Shown here piece by piece: positions 27,374 to 37,037 of a stretch of 53,909 bases of DNA. The stretch comes from Candidatus Brocadiia bacterium. Lineage in GTDB: Bacteria > Planctomycetota > Brocadiia > SM23-32. How positions within the stretch are numbered: the first letter of the stretch is position 1; each line of letters starts with the position of its first letter. The position numbers and the translations under genes were made by a program. A model generated the notes under the pieces. That model saw only the letters and a program-made list of their open reading frames with translations, was not told where the DNA came from and searched no databases. Where the stretch lies: positions 1-53,909 of the forward strand of contig JBKHIT010000032.1 of assembly GCA_046538485.1 (NCBI GenBank). Reading direction: 5' to 3'.

Positions 27374-30193
27374 ATGAAGAATATTGAAGTTACCTGTGAA
27401 TCCTGTGGCGCGAGTTTCGTCGTGCCCGCCTCTATGGCTGGCCAGGAGGTGCAATGTGCCTGTGGGCAGGGGCTCGAAGTGCCAACTTCGGAAGAGGGCG
27501 AAGTCGGAATAGATTCAGAAGCCAGTGATGTGTCTGCCATTTCCGAACAAGAGGGCGGTGGTGCAGAAGGAGGGGATGGTAGCGCGGCGACAAAATGGTA
27601 TGTTTTCATCAAAGGTGAGAAGTACGGCCCCTATTCCACCGATAAAATGCGTGAGATGGTGCAGGAGGGCCGCCTCAAAGCCCATACCAAGGCGTATAAT
27701 AAAGGGCTTTCAGATTGGATCCCTATGGGGAAGATACTGACTTTTGTAGGTGAGTTCGAAGAGGAAGATGTTGCCGTACAGGTGGGGACTCCGGTCAAAG
27801 AGACAATGGCGGAAAGCACCGAAGAAATCGGTTGGCATTTCCGGCGGGACGGCATTGCGATTGGCCCGGTCAGCCTCGAATCTTTGCAAGAAAATGCGCG
27901 TAGCGGAGAACTGATCCCGGAACAGGAAGTCTCAGGTCCCGAAACCGAAGAGTGGAAACCTGCGGGCGAGGTTGAAGAACTACAGGGGCTTTTTCCTCCC
28001 GCAGAAGAGCGTACCGGTTACTATGTTAGCGTCAGCGGAGAACGCGACGGTCCCCACTCGGAAAATGATATCCGAGAAAAAATCGAGCAAGGTGAACTTT
28101 CGGCCGATTCCCGGATTTGGAGCCAGAGCTTCGGTGAATGGCAGAAACTTTCAGAAGTGTCCCAATTTGCTGACGCCCTGGGAGGATCCGAAGCGTCCGA
28201 AGGAGCGGTGGAAGAAATTCCTCGGAGCGAAGAACAGATCCCTCAAGAAGCTGAGGGAGTTGCTGCCGAAAAGGCCGAAGAAAAAATTGAGGAACAACCC
28301 GCTGAATCCGCCCATGAGGAGGAAGCTCTTTCTGAAGCAGTGGAGATCGAAACAGGCGAGACGGAACCTCACGAAATGGAAGAGGAGCCGGTCTCAGAAT
28401 ATGAGGTCGGAACTGAGACGGGTCCTGAAGAAGAATCCCCCGTTGAAGGGCCAATTGCCGAAGAAGAACCTGTTGGGTTCGCGGAAGAAGGGATTCCAGA
28501 ACCGGACGAAGGCGTCATTGAAGAGCCTGTAGAAGAAGCTTTCATGCCGGAAGAGCCCGGTGAGGAGCCTGTCGAGGAATTTCCCCATGAAGCTGGAATA
28601 GAACCGGCTGTGGAAGAAGCCGTCGAGGCGGAGGAAGAGGTAGCAGTTAATGAAGGACGGGAAGAAGGCGAGGAGGGGCCTGAAGCGGAAATTTCGGTGG
28701 CGGAAGCGGAGGCGCCGGAGCAAGCTGAAGAGACGGAAGAGCCGGAGGTTGCTACGGAGGCGGAAGAGGCCGAACTGAGTGATATCCGGGAGCAGCTTGA
28801 GGGAGCGGCCGAGGCGGGTGTGGAGGGCGCGGAGAGCGAAGTGGAAGAGGAGGGGGCCGAGGCCCCCGCGGAAGCGGCCACTGAGGAGGTCGGAGAAACC
28901 GAGGCGGTCGAGGAAGTCGAAGAGGAAGAGGCGAAGCCGGAGCAACCCGCAGAAACGGCGGCTGAAGAGGCGGATATTGGTGATATTCGGGAGCAGCTTG
29001 AGGGAGCGGCCGAGGCGGGTGTGGAGGATGCGGAGAGCGAAGTGGAAGAGGAGGGGGCCGAGGCCCCCGCGGAAGCGGCCACTGAGGAGGTCGGAGAAAC
29101 CGAGGCGGTCGAGGAAGTCGAAGAGGAAGAGGCAAAGCCGGAGCAACCCGCAGGAACGGCGGCTGAAGAGGCGGAGGAAGCGGAAGAAGCAGAGGACGAG
29201 GAAGAAGTCGACCTTGGTCTGGTTGTCTCAGAGAGCGAAGAGGAAGAAGGTTTAGCGGAATTAGCGGAACAGGCGGAAGAAGAAACCTCCGAGGATTGGT
29301 ACTATGCAAGGGATGGCGATCGGTACGGTCCTTATTCTTTGGAGGAGATTCAGGATGCCGTACTGGACGGTGAAATAGATACAGAGGACAAGGTCTGGGC
29401 TGAACACCTGAGCGGCTGGATGCCCCCGGCGTATGTCCCGGAATTGGGACACGCGGTCCGGACGGCCGCCGCATGGCGTGAGGCCATGGATATGACCAAG
29501 GAGGAAGAGAAGAAAGAAGGGCCACAGCCTTTGACACTTACTGAGGCTCTCACCCAGATCTTCCTCCAGGAAAAACAAGGAGTTCCTTCAGAAAGAAAGA
29601 GGACGGATGTGGCACAAATACCATCGACAGTACTGACGGTTGAGTACGTGGACGGAAGCGAGGGTATCGATGCGGCTCTCAAGTCTCTCGACCAGAGACT
29701 CACGAAGCTGGAAAACCTGACAGAGTCTCTTGAGGAGGTTACTTCCCAACTGGTGACGGCCGTGACCCAGCAGTCGAAGGATATGGAACAGTTTATGGAT
29801 TCCATAAACCGCCGGGTCGACAGAGTTTACCAGCAGGTTCGGGAGGGCGTCACTGTCGCCGGTACAGCGCCGGCTGCTGCTGGAGCCGAAGCGGGAGGAG
29901 ACCTTTCGATGCCCCCTCGATACGACCAGGACGAGGATCACCAGCATGCCTGGCAGATTGCACAAGTTATGGCCAATGACCTCGAAGCTTATTATGGCAA
30001 TGAGGTCCGTGAAGGCGTGATGTATGGTAACCTCGAAGAACTCCTGGAGGAACCTCTTAAAGAGGCGAAAAAGACGTACGAGGAGCGGGTTGACGACCAC
30101 GTCGTGGAAGAATTCGATTATTTCGATCTTGCCATGAAACAACTTATCGCCCGCAAGAAAGAAGAACTTGCAGAAGAAGGCGATGAGGAATAA
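27374..30193 (+). CDS. Highly acidic protein: N-terminal Zn ribbon, four GYF_2 (DUF4339)-like domains, Glu-rich linker, coiled coil, helical C-terminal domain
   Basis: CESCG...CACG; WYVFIKGEKYGPYS, WHFRRDGIAIGPVS, YYVSVSGERDGPHS and WYYARDGDRYGPYS repeats; no TM. Confidence 0.8.
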   Translation: MKNIEVTCESCGASFVVPASMAGQEVQCACGQGLEVPTSEEGEVGIDSEASDVSAISEQEGGGAEGGDGSAATKWYVFIKGEKYGPYSTDKMREMVQEGRLKAHTKAYNKGLSDWIPMGKILTFVGEFEEEDVAVQVGTPVKETMAESTEEIGWHFRRDGIAIGPVSLESLQENARSGELIPEQEVSGPETEEWKPAGEVEELQGLFPPAEERTGYYVSVSGERDGPHSENDIREKIEQGELSADSRIWSQSFGEWQKLSEVSQFADALGGSEASEGAVEEIPRSEEQIPQEAEGVAAEKAEEKIEEQPAESAHEEEALSEAVEIETGETEPHEMEEEPVSEYEVGTETGPEEESPVEGPIAEEEPVGFAEEGIPEPDEGVIEEPVEEAFMPEEPGEEPVEEFPHEAGIEPAVEEAVEAEEEVAVNEGREEGEEGPEAEISVAEAEAPEQAEETEEPEVATEAEEAELSDIREQLEGAAEAGVEGAESEVEEEGAEAPAEAATEEVGETEAVEEVEEEEAKPEQPAETAAEEADIGDIREQLEGAAEAGVEDAESEVEEEGAEAPAEAATEEVGETEAVEEVEEEEAKPEQPAGTAAEEAEEAEEAEDEEEVDLGLVVSESEEEEGLAELAEQAEEETSEDWYYARDGDRYGPYSLEEIQDAVLDGEIDTEDKVWAEHLSGWMPPAYVPELGHAVRTAAAWREAMDMTKEEEKKEGPQPLTLTEALTQIFLQEKQGVPSERKRTDVAQIPSTVLTVEYVDGSEGIDAALKSLDQRLTKLENLTESLEEVTSQLVTAVTQQSKDMEQFMDSINRRVDRVYQQVREGVTVAGTAPAAAGAEAGGDLSMPPRYDQDEDHQHAWQIAQVMANDLEAYYGNEVREGVMYGNLEELLEEPLKEAKKTYEERVDDHVVEEFDYFDLAMKQLIARKKEELAEEGDEE
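28781..29175 (+). repeat. Tandem 201-bp (67-aa) intragenic duplication
   Basis: Units start at 28781 and 28982 (DIREQLEGAAEAGVE...); about 5 mismatches over about 194 bp. Confidence 0.95.
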
Positions 30194-30223
30194 TTCGGAC
30201 GCACATTTGCTGCGGAGAAAAAC

Positions 30224-31132
30224 ATGGGAAGAACCATCCGGATTGTACTTTCAACTCTTTGCGTTCTGCTCGCCCTGACTCTGTTGCCCGCAGCAGCGGG
30301 TGAAAAGGAGGGAGAGGGCAAAGAGGACGGGCCGACTGTGCCAACACTTACTCAAGAGAGTGAGGAAGAAGAGGAGGGCGAGGAAAAAGAAGGAGAAGAG
30401 GGCGAAGAAGACGAGGAGGAGAAGAAAAAGAAAAAAGGCTTTAAAGCCAGAACGAGGGAAAAATATGATTTGGTTCTTTCTTACTGGCAAGAAGCTCTTG
30501 AGGGGCTTTCGAGCGAACCGGTCATTGGCTGGTCTGTTGTCCTGGGATCCGTCCTTATCGGTTTGGTTCTTCTCGGGTTCGGGTGGACCTTATTAAAACT
30601 TATGTTCGTGCCTTTCGCTACGTTAATGGGTTTCGGGGCCGGAGCCTTTATGGGAATGCAGCTCAGTGTGAGCGCGTTTGGCAGCATAGGTGCCGGGGCG
30701 AAGGTCGGAATTGTGGTCGGCGGGGCACTTTTTTTCCTAATACTTTTTCTGCTTACTGCTATCAAAGCCCGCCCTGTCGCCTGGTTGCTTATCGTCACGG
30801 CGCCATTTTTGGTCCTCTCCACCCTGATTTTTCCTCTCACAGCCCTGGCCGGAATCCTGTGCGCGGCAATTGGGATTCTGTTGGGCTTGCTCTCCTCGTT
30901 GCATCGGCGAAGTCTTGCGATTCTGTCGACCGCACTGCTTGGCAGCATACTCCTGGTTTTCGCCTGGGCACTTGCCACATTTTTGATCAAAAATCCGAGC
31001 CTTAATTCAATCCTGATTGCTGTCATGCGGGATAAGCCGCTGTATCTGTTGGCCATAATTGGGATGCTGGCGTTCATCGGCGGAGATGTTCAGGTGGTTC
31101 TTGGACCTCCGGATGATAAAAGCGGAAAATAA
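30224..31132 (+). CDS. Membrane protein (signal peptide, Glu/Lys-rich spacer, 6-7 TM; DUF4203-like)
   Basis: Hydropathy pattern; IGLVLLGFGW..K..GF.AG motif. Confidence 0.75.
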   Translation: MGRTIRIVLSTLCVLLALTLLPAAAGEKEGEGKEDGPTVPTLTQESEEEEEGEEKEGEEGEEDEEEKKKKKGFKARTREKYDLVLSYWQEALEGLSSEPVIGWSVVLGSVLIGLVLLGFGWTLLKLMFVPFATLMGFGAGAFMGMQLSVSAFGSIGAGAKVGIVVGGALFFLILFLLTAIKARPVAWLLIVTAPFLVLSTLIFPLTALAGILCAAIGILLGLLSSLHRRSLAILSTALLGSILLVFAWALATFLIKNPSLNSILIAVMRDKPLYLLAIIGMLAFIGGDVQVVLGPPDDKSGK

Positions 31133-31241
31133 CTCCGTGTGCCAGGCTTGCGGGTGGCCGTAATCGTCGCGGAAAAAATTATCTCTCTAAAAAAGTGTTT
31201 TCTGGAATTGTTCGCCTTCCGTCATCAGGAAGGAATCAAGT

Positions 31242-32390
31242 ATGGATGATGAACAACTCGATGTCGTCGCTGCGGGCCATATCTGCGTGGATATCACTCC
31301 TGCCTTCAGTAACGTTTCAGGGTCAGATGTCAGTGAAATCCTGCGCCCCGGGAAGTTGCTGGAAGTCGGAAGCCCCACAATCAGCACGGGCGGCCCTGTT
31401 TCTAATACAGGTCTGGCCCTCCGCCGTCTGGGTCTGAGCGTCTCCTTGATGGGCAAATGCGGCGACGATCCTTTCGGAGAGATGCTGATTGATGTGCTTG
31501 GTCGCGAGGCACCAGGCGCTGAACAGGGTATGAGCGTTGTAGCGGGAGAGAATACTTCATACACAATCGTGGTGGCTCCTCCGGGCATCGACAGGATTTT
31601 TCTCCATTGTCCGGGTGCCAATAACACCTTCGGCCCCGAGGACGTCGATCTCGAACTCGTGGCACAGGCACGACTTTTCCATTTCGGCTACCCGCCATTA
31701 ATGAGAAGCATGTACGTCTCCGGCGGACGGGCTCTGGGCGAGGTGATGAAACAGGCCCGCAATGCCGGAGCCGTTACCTCGCTGGACCTGGCTTTGCCTG
31801 ACCCCGATAGCGAGGCGGGGAAGGCGGACTGGCGCACGATCCTGAGTACCGGGCTACCCCATACCGATATCTTCCTGCCGAGTCTCGAAGAGCTGATGTT
31901 CATGCTCGACAGAGATCGCTTCGATGAGTTGACTTCTGGATCGGAAAGTATTGCAAACTCTTTTGAGCCGGAAGATATCCGGACGCTTGCCGGGGAATGT
32001 GTTCAGTTGGGAGCACCTATCGTCGTGATCAAATGCGGGCACGTGGGGGCATACCTCAAGACTTCTGAATCGCTGGAAGTCCCTGCGGGGTTCCTGGTGG
32101 ACCAGGACCGGTGGTCAGGTGTTGAAGTTTTCGAGCCCACCTGCCGGGTGGAAGAAATCGCCAGCACAACGGGTTCCGGCGACAGCTCAATCGCAGGGTT
32201 TCTGGCGACCATCCTCCGCGGGGGAAGTCCGGACCGATGTATGAAAGCGCTCACCGTTGTCGGTGCACAGAATCTCTCAGCACTCGATGCCGTCAGCGGC
32301 GTTAAATCGTGGGAAGAAACCGAACGAGAGCTCGAAGATGAGCCCGAGAAGAACCCGCTGCCCGACCGTCTTCTGTCGCTCCGGGGGTGA
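31242..32390 (+). CDS. PfkB-family carbohydrate kinase
   Basis: GHICVD, GGPVSNTG.AL.RLG, GKCGDD.FG, PSLEE, STTGSGDSSIAGF. Confidence 0.92.
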   Translation: MDDEQLDVVAAGHICVDITPAFSNVSGSDVSEILRPGKLLEVGSPTISTGGPVSNTGLALRRLGLSVSLMGKCGDDPFGEMLIDVLGREAPGAEQGMSVVAGENTSYTIVVAPPGIDRIFLHCPGANNTFGPEDVDLELVAQARLFHFGYPPLMRSMYVSGGRALGEVMKQARNAGAVTSLDLALPDPDSEAGKADWRTILSTGLPHTDIFLPSLEELMFMLDRDRFDELTSGSESIANSFEPEDIRTLAGECVQLGAPIVVIKCGHVGAYLKTSESLEVPAGFLVDQDRWSGVEVFEPTCRVEEIASTTGSGDSSIAGFLATILRGGSPDRCMKALTVVGAQNLSALDAVSGVKSWEETERELEDEPEKNPLPDRLLSLRG

Positions 32391-32518
32391 TTGGACGCCA
32401 GCCGAAAGAAGAGGGAAAGCCACAAATAATTTGCCTTACTTTGTCTTTCTGTTTCCGTCTTTTCGTTGAGTGTGTGCCTCGGGGGATAAGGTAGAAAGGC
32501 AATTGTCGGCTTCTGAGC

Positions 32519-33172
32519 TCACGGGGCAGGGGAAGGTTCTTTACGCATAAAATGCAGAAAGATCGGCCAGATGATCAAAGGTATGGCAATCGAGATGGCC
32601 ATGCCGTACCACGGTTTTGACCGGGAGGCGTGGCCTACCCAGGCGAAAAGGGCGGCAGTGGGAACTGTTCCCAGCAAAAGAGCAACGGTGAATCGCCGCA
32701 GGCGCATGCGAGCCAGCCCCGCCAGAACGGCAATGACTTCCGGTAGTATGGGCAAAATACGGCTCGCAATGATCGCGATGCCGCCCCAGCGGTCGAAAAA
32801 GCTTTGAAATTGGTCAAGTTCTTCATCACTCGCGATCCGCTGGGCCACCGGCTGCCCGCCGAACCGGGCGAGTCCATACCCCAAAAAGCCGGCCATGGCG
32901 GATCCCAGAACCCCGACGATGGTGCCGATAACCGGACCGTATACACTTCCGAGGGCGGCCATTACGCCTGTCGCCGGTACCGGCAAGAGCAGATCGACCA
33001 GCAACAATCCGATCGCCACCGCCCATGCCCATCCCCGGACGCTGCTGAAGTATTCGACGCAGGCTTCTTGATTGAACAGGGTTTCGAATTTTTCTCCCCA
33101 GAGCTCGAACGTGAGCATAAACAGAGCAGCCAGAAGAACGGCGATTCCAAACACTTTCAAAACAAATTTCAT
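32519..33172 (-). CDS. DedA/VTT (SNARE-associated Golgi) family membrane protein
   Basis: DLLLPVPAT, GYGLAR..G, RWGG.AI..SRILPILPE...AG..RM. Confidence 0.88.
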   Translation of the reverse strand: MKFVLKVFGIAVLLAALFMLTFELWGEKFETLFNQEACVEYFSSVRGWAWAVAIGLLLVDLLLPVPATGVMAALGSVYGPVIGTIVGVLGSAMAGFLGYGLARFGGQPVAQRIASDEELDQFQSFFDRWGGIAIIASRILPILPEVIAVLAGLARMRLRRFTVALLLGTVPTAALFAWVGHASRSKPWYGMAISIAIPLIIWPIFLHFMRKEPSPAP

Positions 33173-33211
33173 CTACAACCTTTCTTCGTGAAAGTTGCGT
33201 TTATGGTGGGA

Positions 33212-33236
33212 GAAAAAGCATAACCGCGCGGTTATG
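33212..33236 (-). terminator. Possible intrinsic terminator (or operator)
   Basis: Perfect 18-bp palindrome CATAACCGCGCGGTTATG (33219-33236) followed on the minus strand by CTTTTTCT. Confidence 0.4.
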
Positions 33237-33307
33237 GTACCGCAAGTTCTGGGAAGGCAAACGGCAAACGGCTTCTACGCCCATCTCTGCAAGGACTGAG
33301 ATGTGGC

Positions 33308-34048
33308 TTATCGATGCCGTCGTCCTCGCAGTTCCACACCCCGTTCCTGGGCCCGATTGCGAAGACGGCGGAAATATTCCTGGATTTGGGTCCGTTCTTT
33401 CGGGTCCGTGTGGTCAAGCATACCGCGCAGCATATCGTCAAGCTGATCGTCGGATGGTCTGGGCCGCCGAGAGCCCCGAGGGCGATCATCCGCGCGCTCC
33501 CGGCGGCGTTCTTCCCAACGTTTGCGTCGCTCAAGCATCCGGTCGATCCGTTCGTCGAGCATCGCCTTTTGTTTGGCGTCGGATGCGCTGAAAAATTCTT
33601 CAATACGCTCATGCATCCGATGGCGATGATCCCTTTGCCGCCCGCGCCCGGATTCATCATCACGGTGTTCTCGCCGCGCAGCAAACATCCCTTTTCGAAA
33701 GGCGTCTCTGTCCTCCGGTTTGAGTCCCTCAAGCTGCTTACGCAGGTCGGTGTCCCTGAAGAGTTCACGACGTTCTTCCCCGGGCAGGGAGTTCAGGCTC
33801 CGGGCGAGTTGATTCATATATTGTGCGCGTTTCTCCGGGGACATCGTTTCCAGCTGTTCGGTTTTTAGGCTGCCCCGGAGTTCTTCGGGCGTTTGTGGGA
33901 CTGGAAAATCTCTTTTGTCATTGTTGCCGTTCCAGAAAAGTAACCCGAGAACGGTTATGAGCAGAATGAAGCTGACAGCCGTAGCACCGACAATCCACGC
34001 TGTCCGTTTGCTGCAAGGTGGAGCGTCGTTTTTTTTGGCGATACTCAT
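33308..34048 (-). CDS. Hypothetical single-TM protein with Arg/Glu-rich helical extracytoplasmic region
   Basis: One N-terminal TM followed by charged helical repeats; directly abuts the pseudopilin stop. Confidence 0.75.
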   Translation of the reverse strand: MSIAKKNDAPPCSKRTAWIVGATAVSFILLITVLGLLFWNGNNDKRDFPVPQTPEELRGSLKTEQLETMSPEKRAQYMNQLARSLNSLPGEERRELFRDTDLRKQLEGLKPEDRDAFRKGMFAARREHRDDESGRGRQRDHRHRMHERIEEFFSASDAKQKAMLDERIDRMLERRKRWEERRRERADDRPRGSRRPRPSDDQLDDMLRGMLDHTDPKERTQIQEYFRRLRNRAQERGVELRGRRHR

Positions 34049-34591
34049 CTATAGCCCCTCCACATGGCTGTCGAGATAAAGCGTGTTTCTTGAGCCGGGA
34101 TGCCCCGGCTCACCATGAAATGGCTCATAATCCCACATGATTTTATCGAGATGCCAGTGTTTTTTTTCACCGGGAAGTTTGGCGTTCTGGTGAACATTCC
34201 ACTCGTAGCTGGTCTGTTCATTCTCAAAGTAGCCGGCTTTATCGGCCGGACAGCGAAAGAGTTCGCGGCTGCCCGGATCGATCACTTCCGCCATCGTCAG
34301 GTCGTTGTTGAGATTCAAGGACGGCATGTTCGTGAGTGTGGGCATGCGCTGGTGATCGTTGAGATAAAGCGCGAGCCCGGCGCCGATCTGTCTCAGATTC
34401 GAGATACACGATACCCGGCGGCCGGAGGCGCGGGCTTTTTCAACGGCCACCATGAGCATTCCGGCGAGGATGGTGATAATCCCGACCACTACCAGAAGTT
34501 CCACAAGAGTAAACCCGCAGAGATTAAGGCTCGCCGGCAAGGTTACCCTTCGCAGGTATCGTTGCGGATGAGTGTTTTTGATTCGAAGCAA
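34049..34591 (-). CDS. Prepilin-type N-terminal cleavage/methylation protein (DUF1559-like pseudopilin)
   Basis: G|FTLVELLVVVGIITILAGML, AR..CISNLRQIG, FRCPAD, SYEWN and H...NTLYLDSHV (variant of the H-X9-DG motif). Confidence 0.9.
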   Translation of the reverse strand: MLRIKNTHPQRYLRRVTLPASLNLCGFTLVELLVVVGIITILAGMLMVAVEKARASGRRVSCISNLRQIGAGLALYLNDHQRMPTLTNMPSLNLNNDLTMAEVIDPGSRELFRCPADKAGYFENEQTSYEWNVHQNAKLPGEKKHWHLDKIMWDYEPFHGEPGHPGSRNTLYLDSHVEGL

Positions 34592-34821
34592 TTAATTGTG
34601 CTCGCTTTTGAGATATCTCGGGTCGTACGGACCCTTGCTACTCTTATAAACGGAATCGGGGCCTTTTCCCTGCGATTTTTCTGCGCCCAATTCTCGGAAA
34701 ATGTGCAGGGATGACCTGCCAGTTCCGGACATCAAGGTTAGTCGGGATGGAATTCAGCACCTTCGCCCGTCGGTTCAGGAGGCATAAGGCCGGTTATGTC
34801 GGGTGGAGACGGCGCAAGCGG

Positions 34822-37011
34822 TCACTGCGATTTCCGCAGCAGCAGTTCGCCGTTGATTGTGTAGAAATTCTGGGTGTGGGACCCGATAGCTGTGGTTTTA
34901 TTGATATCCAGAGCGAGCAAATGGGTCTGCATATCGAGGGCTGTTTTGCGGAGTTGGGTCCAGATCTTTTTCAGTTCGGGATCTTCAGGTTGACCGGAAA
35001 AGAATATATCGAGGGGGTCTTTTCCTTCACCAAGTTTTTCCCGATGTTGCCAGATTTTATGAAAGAATTCAGGAGGTATCGTGGCCAGAAAATTCGCACG
35101 GGGATGTTTGTTTATCAACGAGGATATCCGGGGATCGCACCCTGCGGATGAAGCCTGGAGCCGACGAATCAGACGTGTGACTTTTTCCCAGCTCCCGACA
35201 CTAAAGTAGCGGTTGGCAACCACGAACGCAAGGCCCATTTCACCATCCGGGTACTTGTCTTCCTTCCCCATTTCAGGGCCGAAGCAAAAAATGTCGGTGT
35301 TTTGATAGCTCCTCTTGCCAGCGAATCCACTCATCCCTTTGTTTGCCGACAGAGAGGTGAACGCTTTATTGAGCAGATCCTTGAACCCTTGCGGGCTCTC
35401 CAACCCGAGCAACCACGTGATGTCCGTTGTCACTATCTTTTCTTTGTATGTCTTATAGGTTGGTTCCTCATTGTTCCCAGGGTTTTCGGGGAATGACCAT
35501 CGCCGGCGTTCAACTTCTTTTTCTTTCACATCCACGAGGAGGTACTGATCAGGTCCCATGAACTTGAAGCTTTCATCCGGACGGATTCCCATGACCGCTT
35601 GTGACTGGCCCATTTGTTGCTCGTAGGTTTCCATTTCTTCGGGAATTATCTGCCGTAGTTTTTCCACGGTGATCTTGTAGAGTTTGGCGGGATCAAGCCG
35701 AGTCATGAACGCCGCCGCTTTGATCGAGCCAATTTTTGGGGGATCGAACGTGCCGGAACCATCAAGGAGCTGTTTGAGGGGAGGGGAGATACCGGGATCG
35801 TGCGAAAGAAGGATCCGGACATTGGCACGGGCGCGATCATTCTGAATCTCCAGAAAAATGCCGCCACCCAACTGGTTGCATTTGTCAAGGCTGAACAGCT
35901 GTTTCACCACCTGGAACGTTTTGAGTTGTGTCTGGGCCGCTTTCAGGCGCCACTCAGCAGGATTGTATCTCTGTTCATCGCCGGTCTTCTCATATTCTTT
36001 TTTGGCTTTTTTGACTTTATCTTCGAATTGTTTTTCATAGAGTTTAATCAGAGGAGAAAGATTAATTGTCGCAAGGACGAGGGGCCGATTATCTGTTGAT
36101 GTAAGGCGGCGATAGGCCGGAGAACCGGCGAGCGCATCAGCGGGGGAACTCATAAGATATTTCCAGAGCTTGCCGGGTTTCCCGCCGGAGAATACAAGGT
36201 AACGACCGAGCCGTCCGAGAGTAGTTTTTTGACCCCAAAAGTCGGTAACTGATGAATCGGCGATAGTGGATTCCGCCGGGCCTGTGGACGTTACGATTTG
36301 GTTTGGACGCGGGCTGTGTGGTGGGCATTTATTGTTGTGCGGGCTGAAGCCTTCCTCGAGGCCCTCAATCGTTTCCGAAGGGATCCGTCGTTTTTCGAGC
36401 CGCAGCAAACGAGGGGGAAGTTCTATAAGTTCTCCCTGTTCGACATCGAGCTGCTTCCAGTCAAAATGCCGGGAATCAGCGTGTTTTTCCTTCTCGCGGT
36501 TGAGCAACATTTTGAACTGCTGCAGAAAATTCGCGCAGCTTGCGGCGGATGGTAGTTCCAGCAACAACGAGAAGACGTATGGCTGCACATGTTTTTCGAT
36601 GTGCTTTTCGAATTCACCCTCGATGTGTTTGCCGGTTTCATGATCCCATTTGGGGACTTTGTATTCGGAGGTGCGGACGCGCGGTTTGTCCGCGGGTATG
36701 ATGACAAAGTAGGCCTTCGCTTTTGAGATTTGCTCGAAGAGTCGTGGGTTGAACTGATGTCTTCTGCTCATCTTGCAGAGCTGTTCGTAGAGCTGTCGTA
36801 CCTGATAGATCATTCTGGGGCCCACATCTTCGCCCGCGAAATTAGTAAAATTAGCCGTGCCGGTGAGGATACGCTGCAGATCAGCCTCAGCGTAGAATAC
36901 CGCACCATCGGGGGGTAGTTTGTGGGCAAGGGTTGGATGCTGTCCCCAGGCATTGATCGAGAAGGCGACTATAAACAATATGGTCAGGGTAGAGGACAGG
37001 CGATTGAGCAT
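34822..37011 (-). CDS. Hypothetical exported protein (DUF3352-like alpha/beta repeat)
   Basis: Signal peptide, LAHKLPPDGAVFY, SYQNTDIF, AFVVANRYF patterns. Contains a probable 60-aa insertion. Confidence 0.7.
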   Translation of the reverse strand: MLNRLSSTLTILFIVAFSINAWGQHPTLAHKLPPDGAVFYAEADLQRILTGTANFTNFAGEDVGPRMIYQVRQLYEQLCKMSRRHQFNPRLFEQISKAKAYFVIIPADKPRVRTSEYKVPKWDHETGKHIEGEFEKHIEKHVQPYVFSLLLELPSAASCANFLQQFKMLLNREKEKHADSRHFDWKQLDVEQGELIELPPRLLRLEKRRIPSETIEGLEEGFSPHNNKCPPHSPRPNQIVTSTGPAESTIADSSVTDFWGQKTTLGRLGRYLVFSGGKPGKLWKYLMSSPADALAGSPAYRRLTSTDNRPLVLATINLSPLIKLYEKQFEDKVKKAKKEYEKTGDEQRYNPAEWRLKAAQTQLKTFQVVKQLFSLDKCNQLGGGIFLEIQNDRARANVRILLSHDPGISPPLKQLLDGSGTFDPPKIGSIKAAAFMTRLDPAKLYKITVEKLRQIIPEEMETYEQQMGQSQAVMGIRPDESFKFMGPDQYLLVDVKEKEVERRRWSFPENPGNNEEPTYKTYKEKIVTTDITWLLGLESPQGFKDLLNKAFTSLSANKGMSGFAGKRSYQNTDIFCFGPEMGKEDKYPDGEMGLAFVVANRYFSVGSWEKVTRLIRRLQASSAGCDPRISSLINKHPRANFLATIPPEFFHKIWQHREKLGEGKDPLDIFFSGQPEDPELKKIWTQLRKTALDMQTHLLALDINKTTAIGSHTQNFYTINGELLLRKSQ
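36235..36414. mobile_element. Probable IS-derived 180-bp in-frame insertion
   Basis: Atypical 60-aa segment PRLLRLEK...SSVTDFW; removing it gives ELIELP-GQKTTLGR. Ends GTTTGCTGCGGCTCGAAAA and AAAAGTCGGTAACTGATGAAT resemble IS termini (recalled). Confidence 0.5.
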
Positions 37012-37037
37012 TGATATTTCCTTTCGGGCGTCGGGGT

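Noticed and set aside
28369..29537. Several Ser/Pro/Arg-rich alternative-frame ORFs and CRISPR-like periodicity
   Set aside because: By-products of the Glu-rich coding repeat. The units are contiguous 201-mers without spacers, and no cas genes are present.
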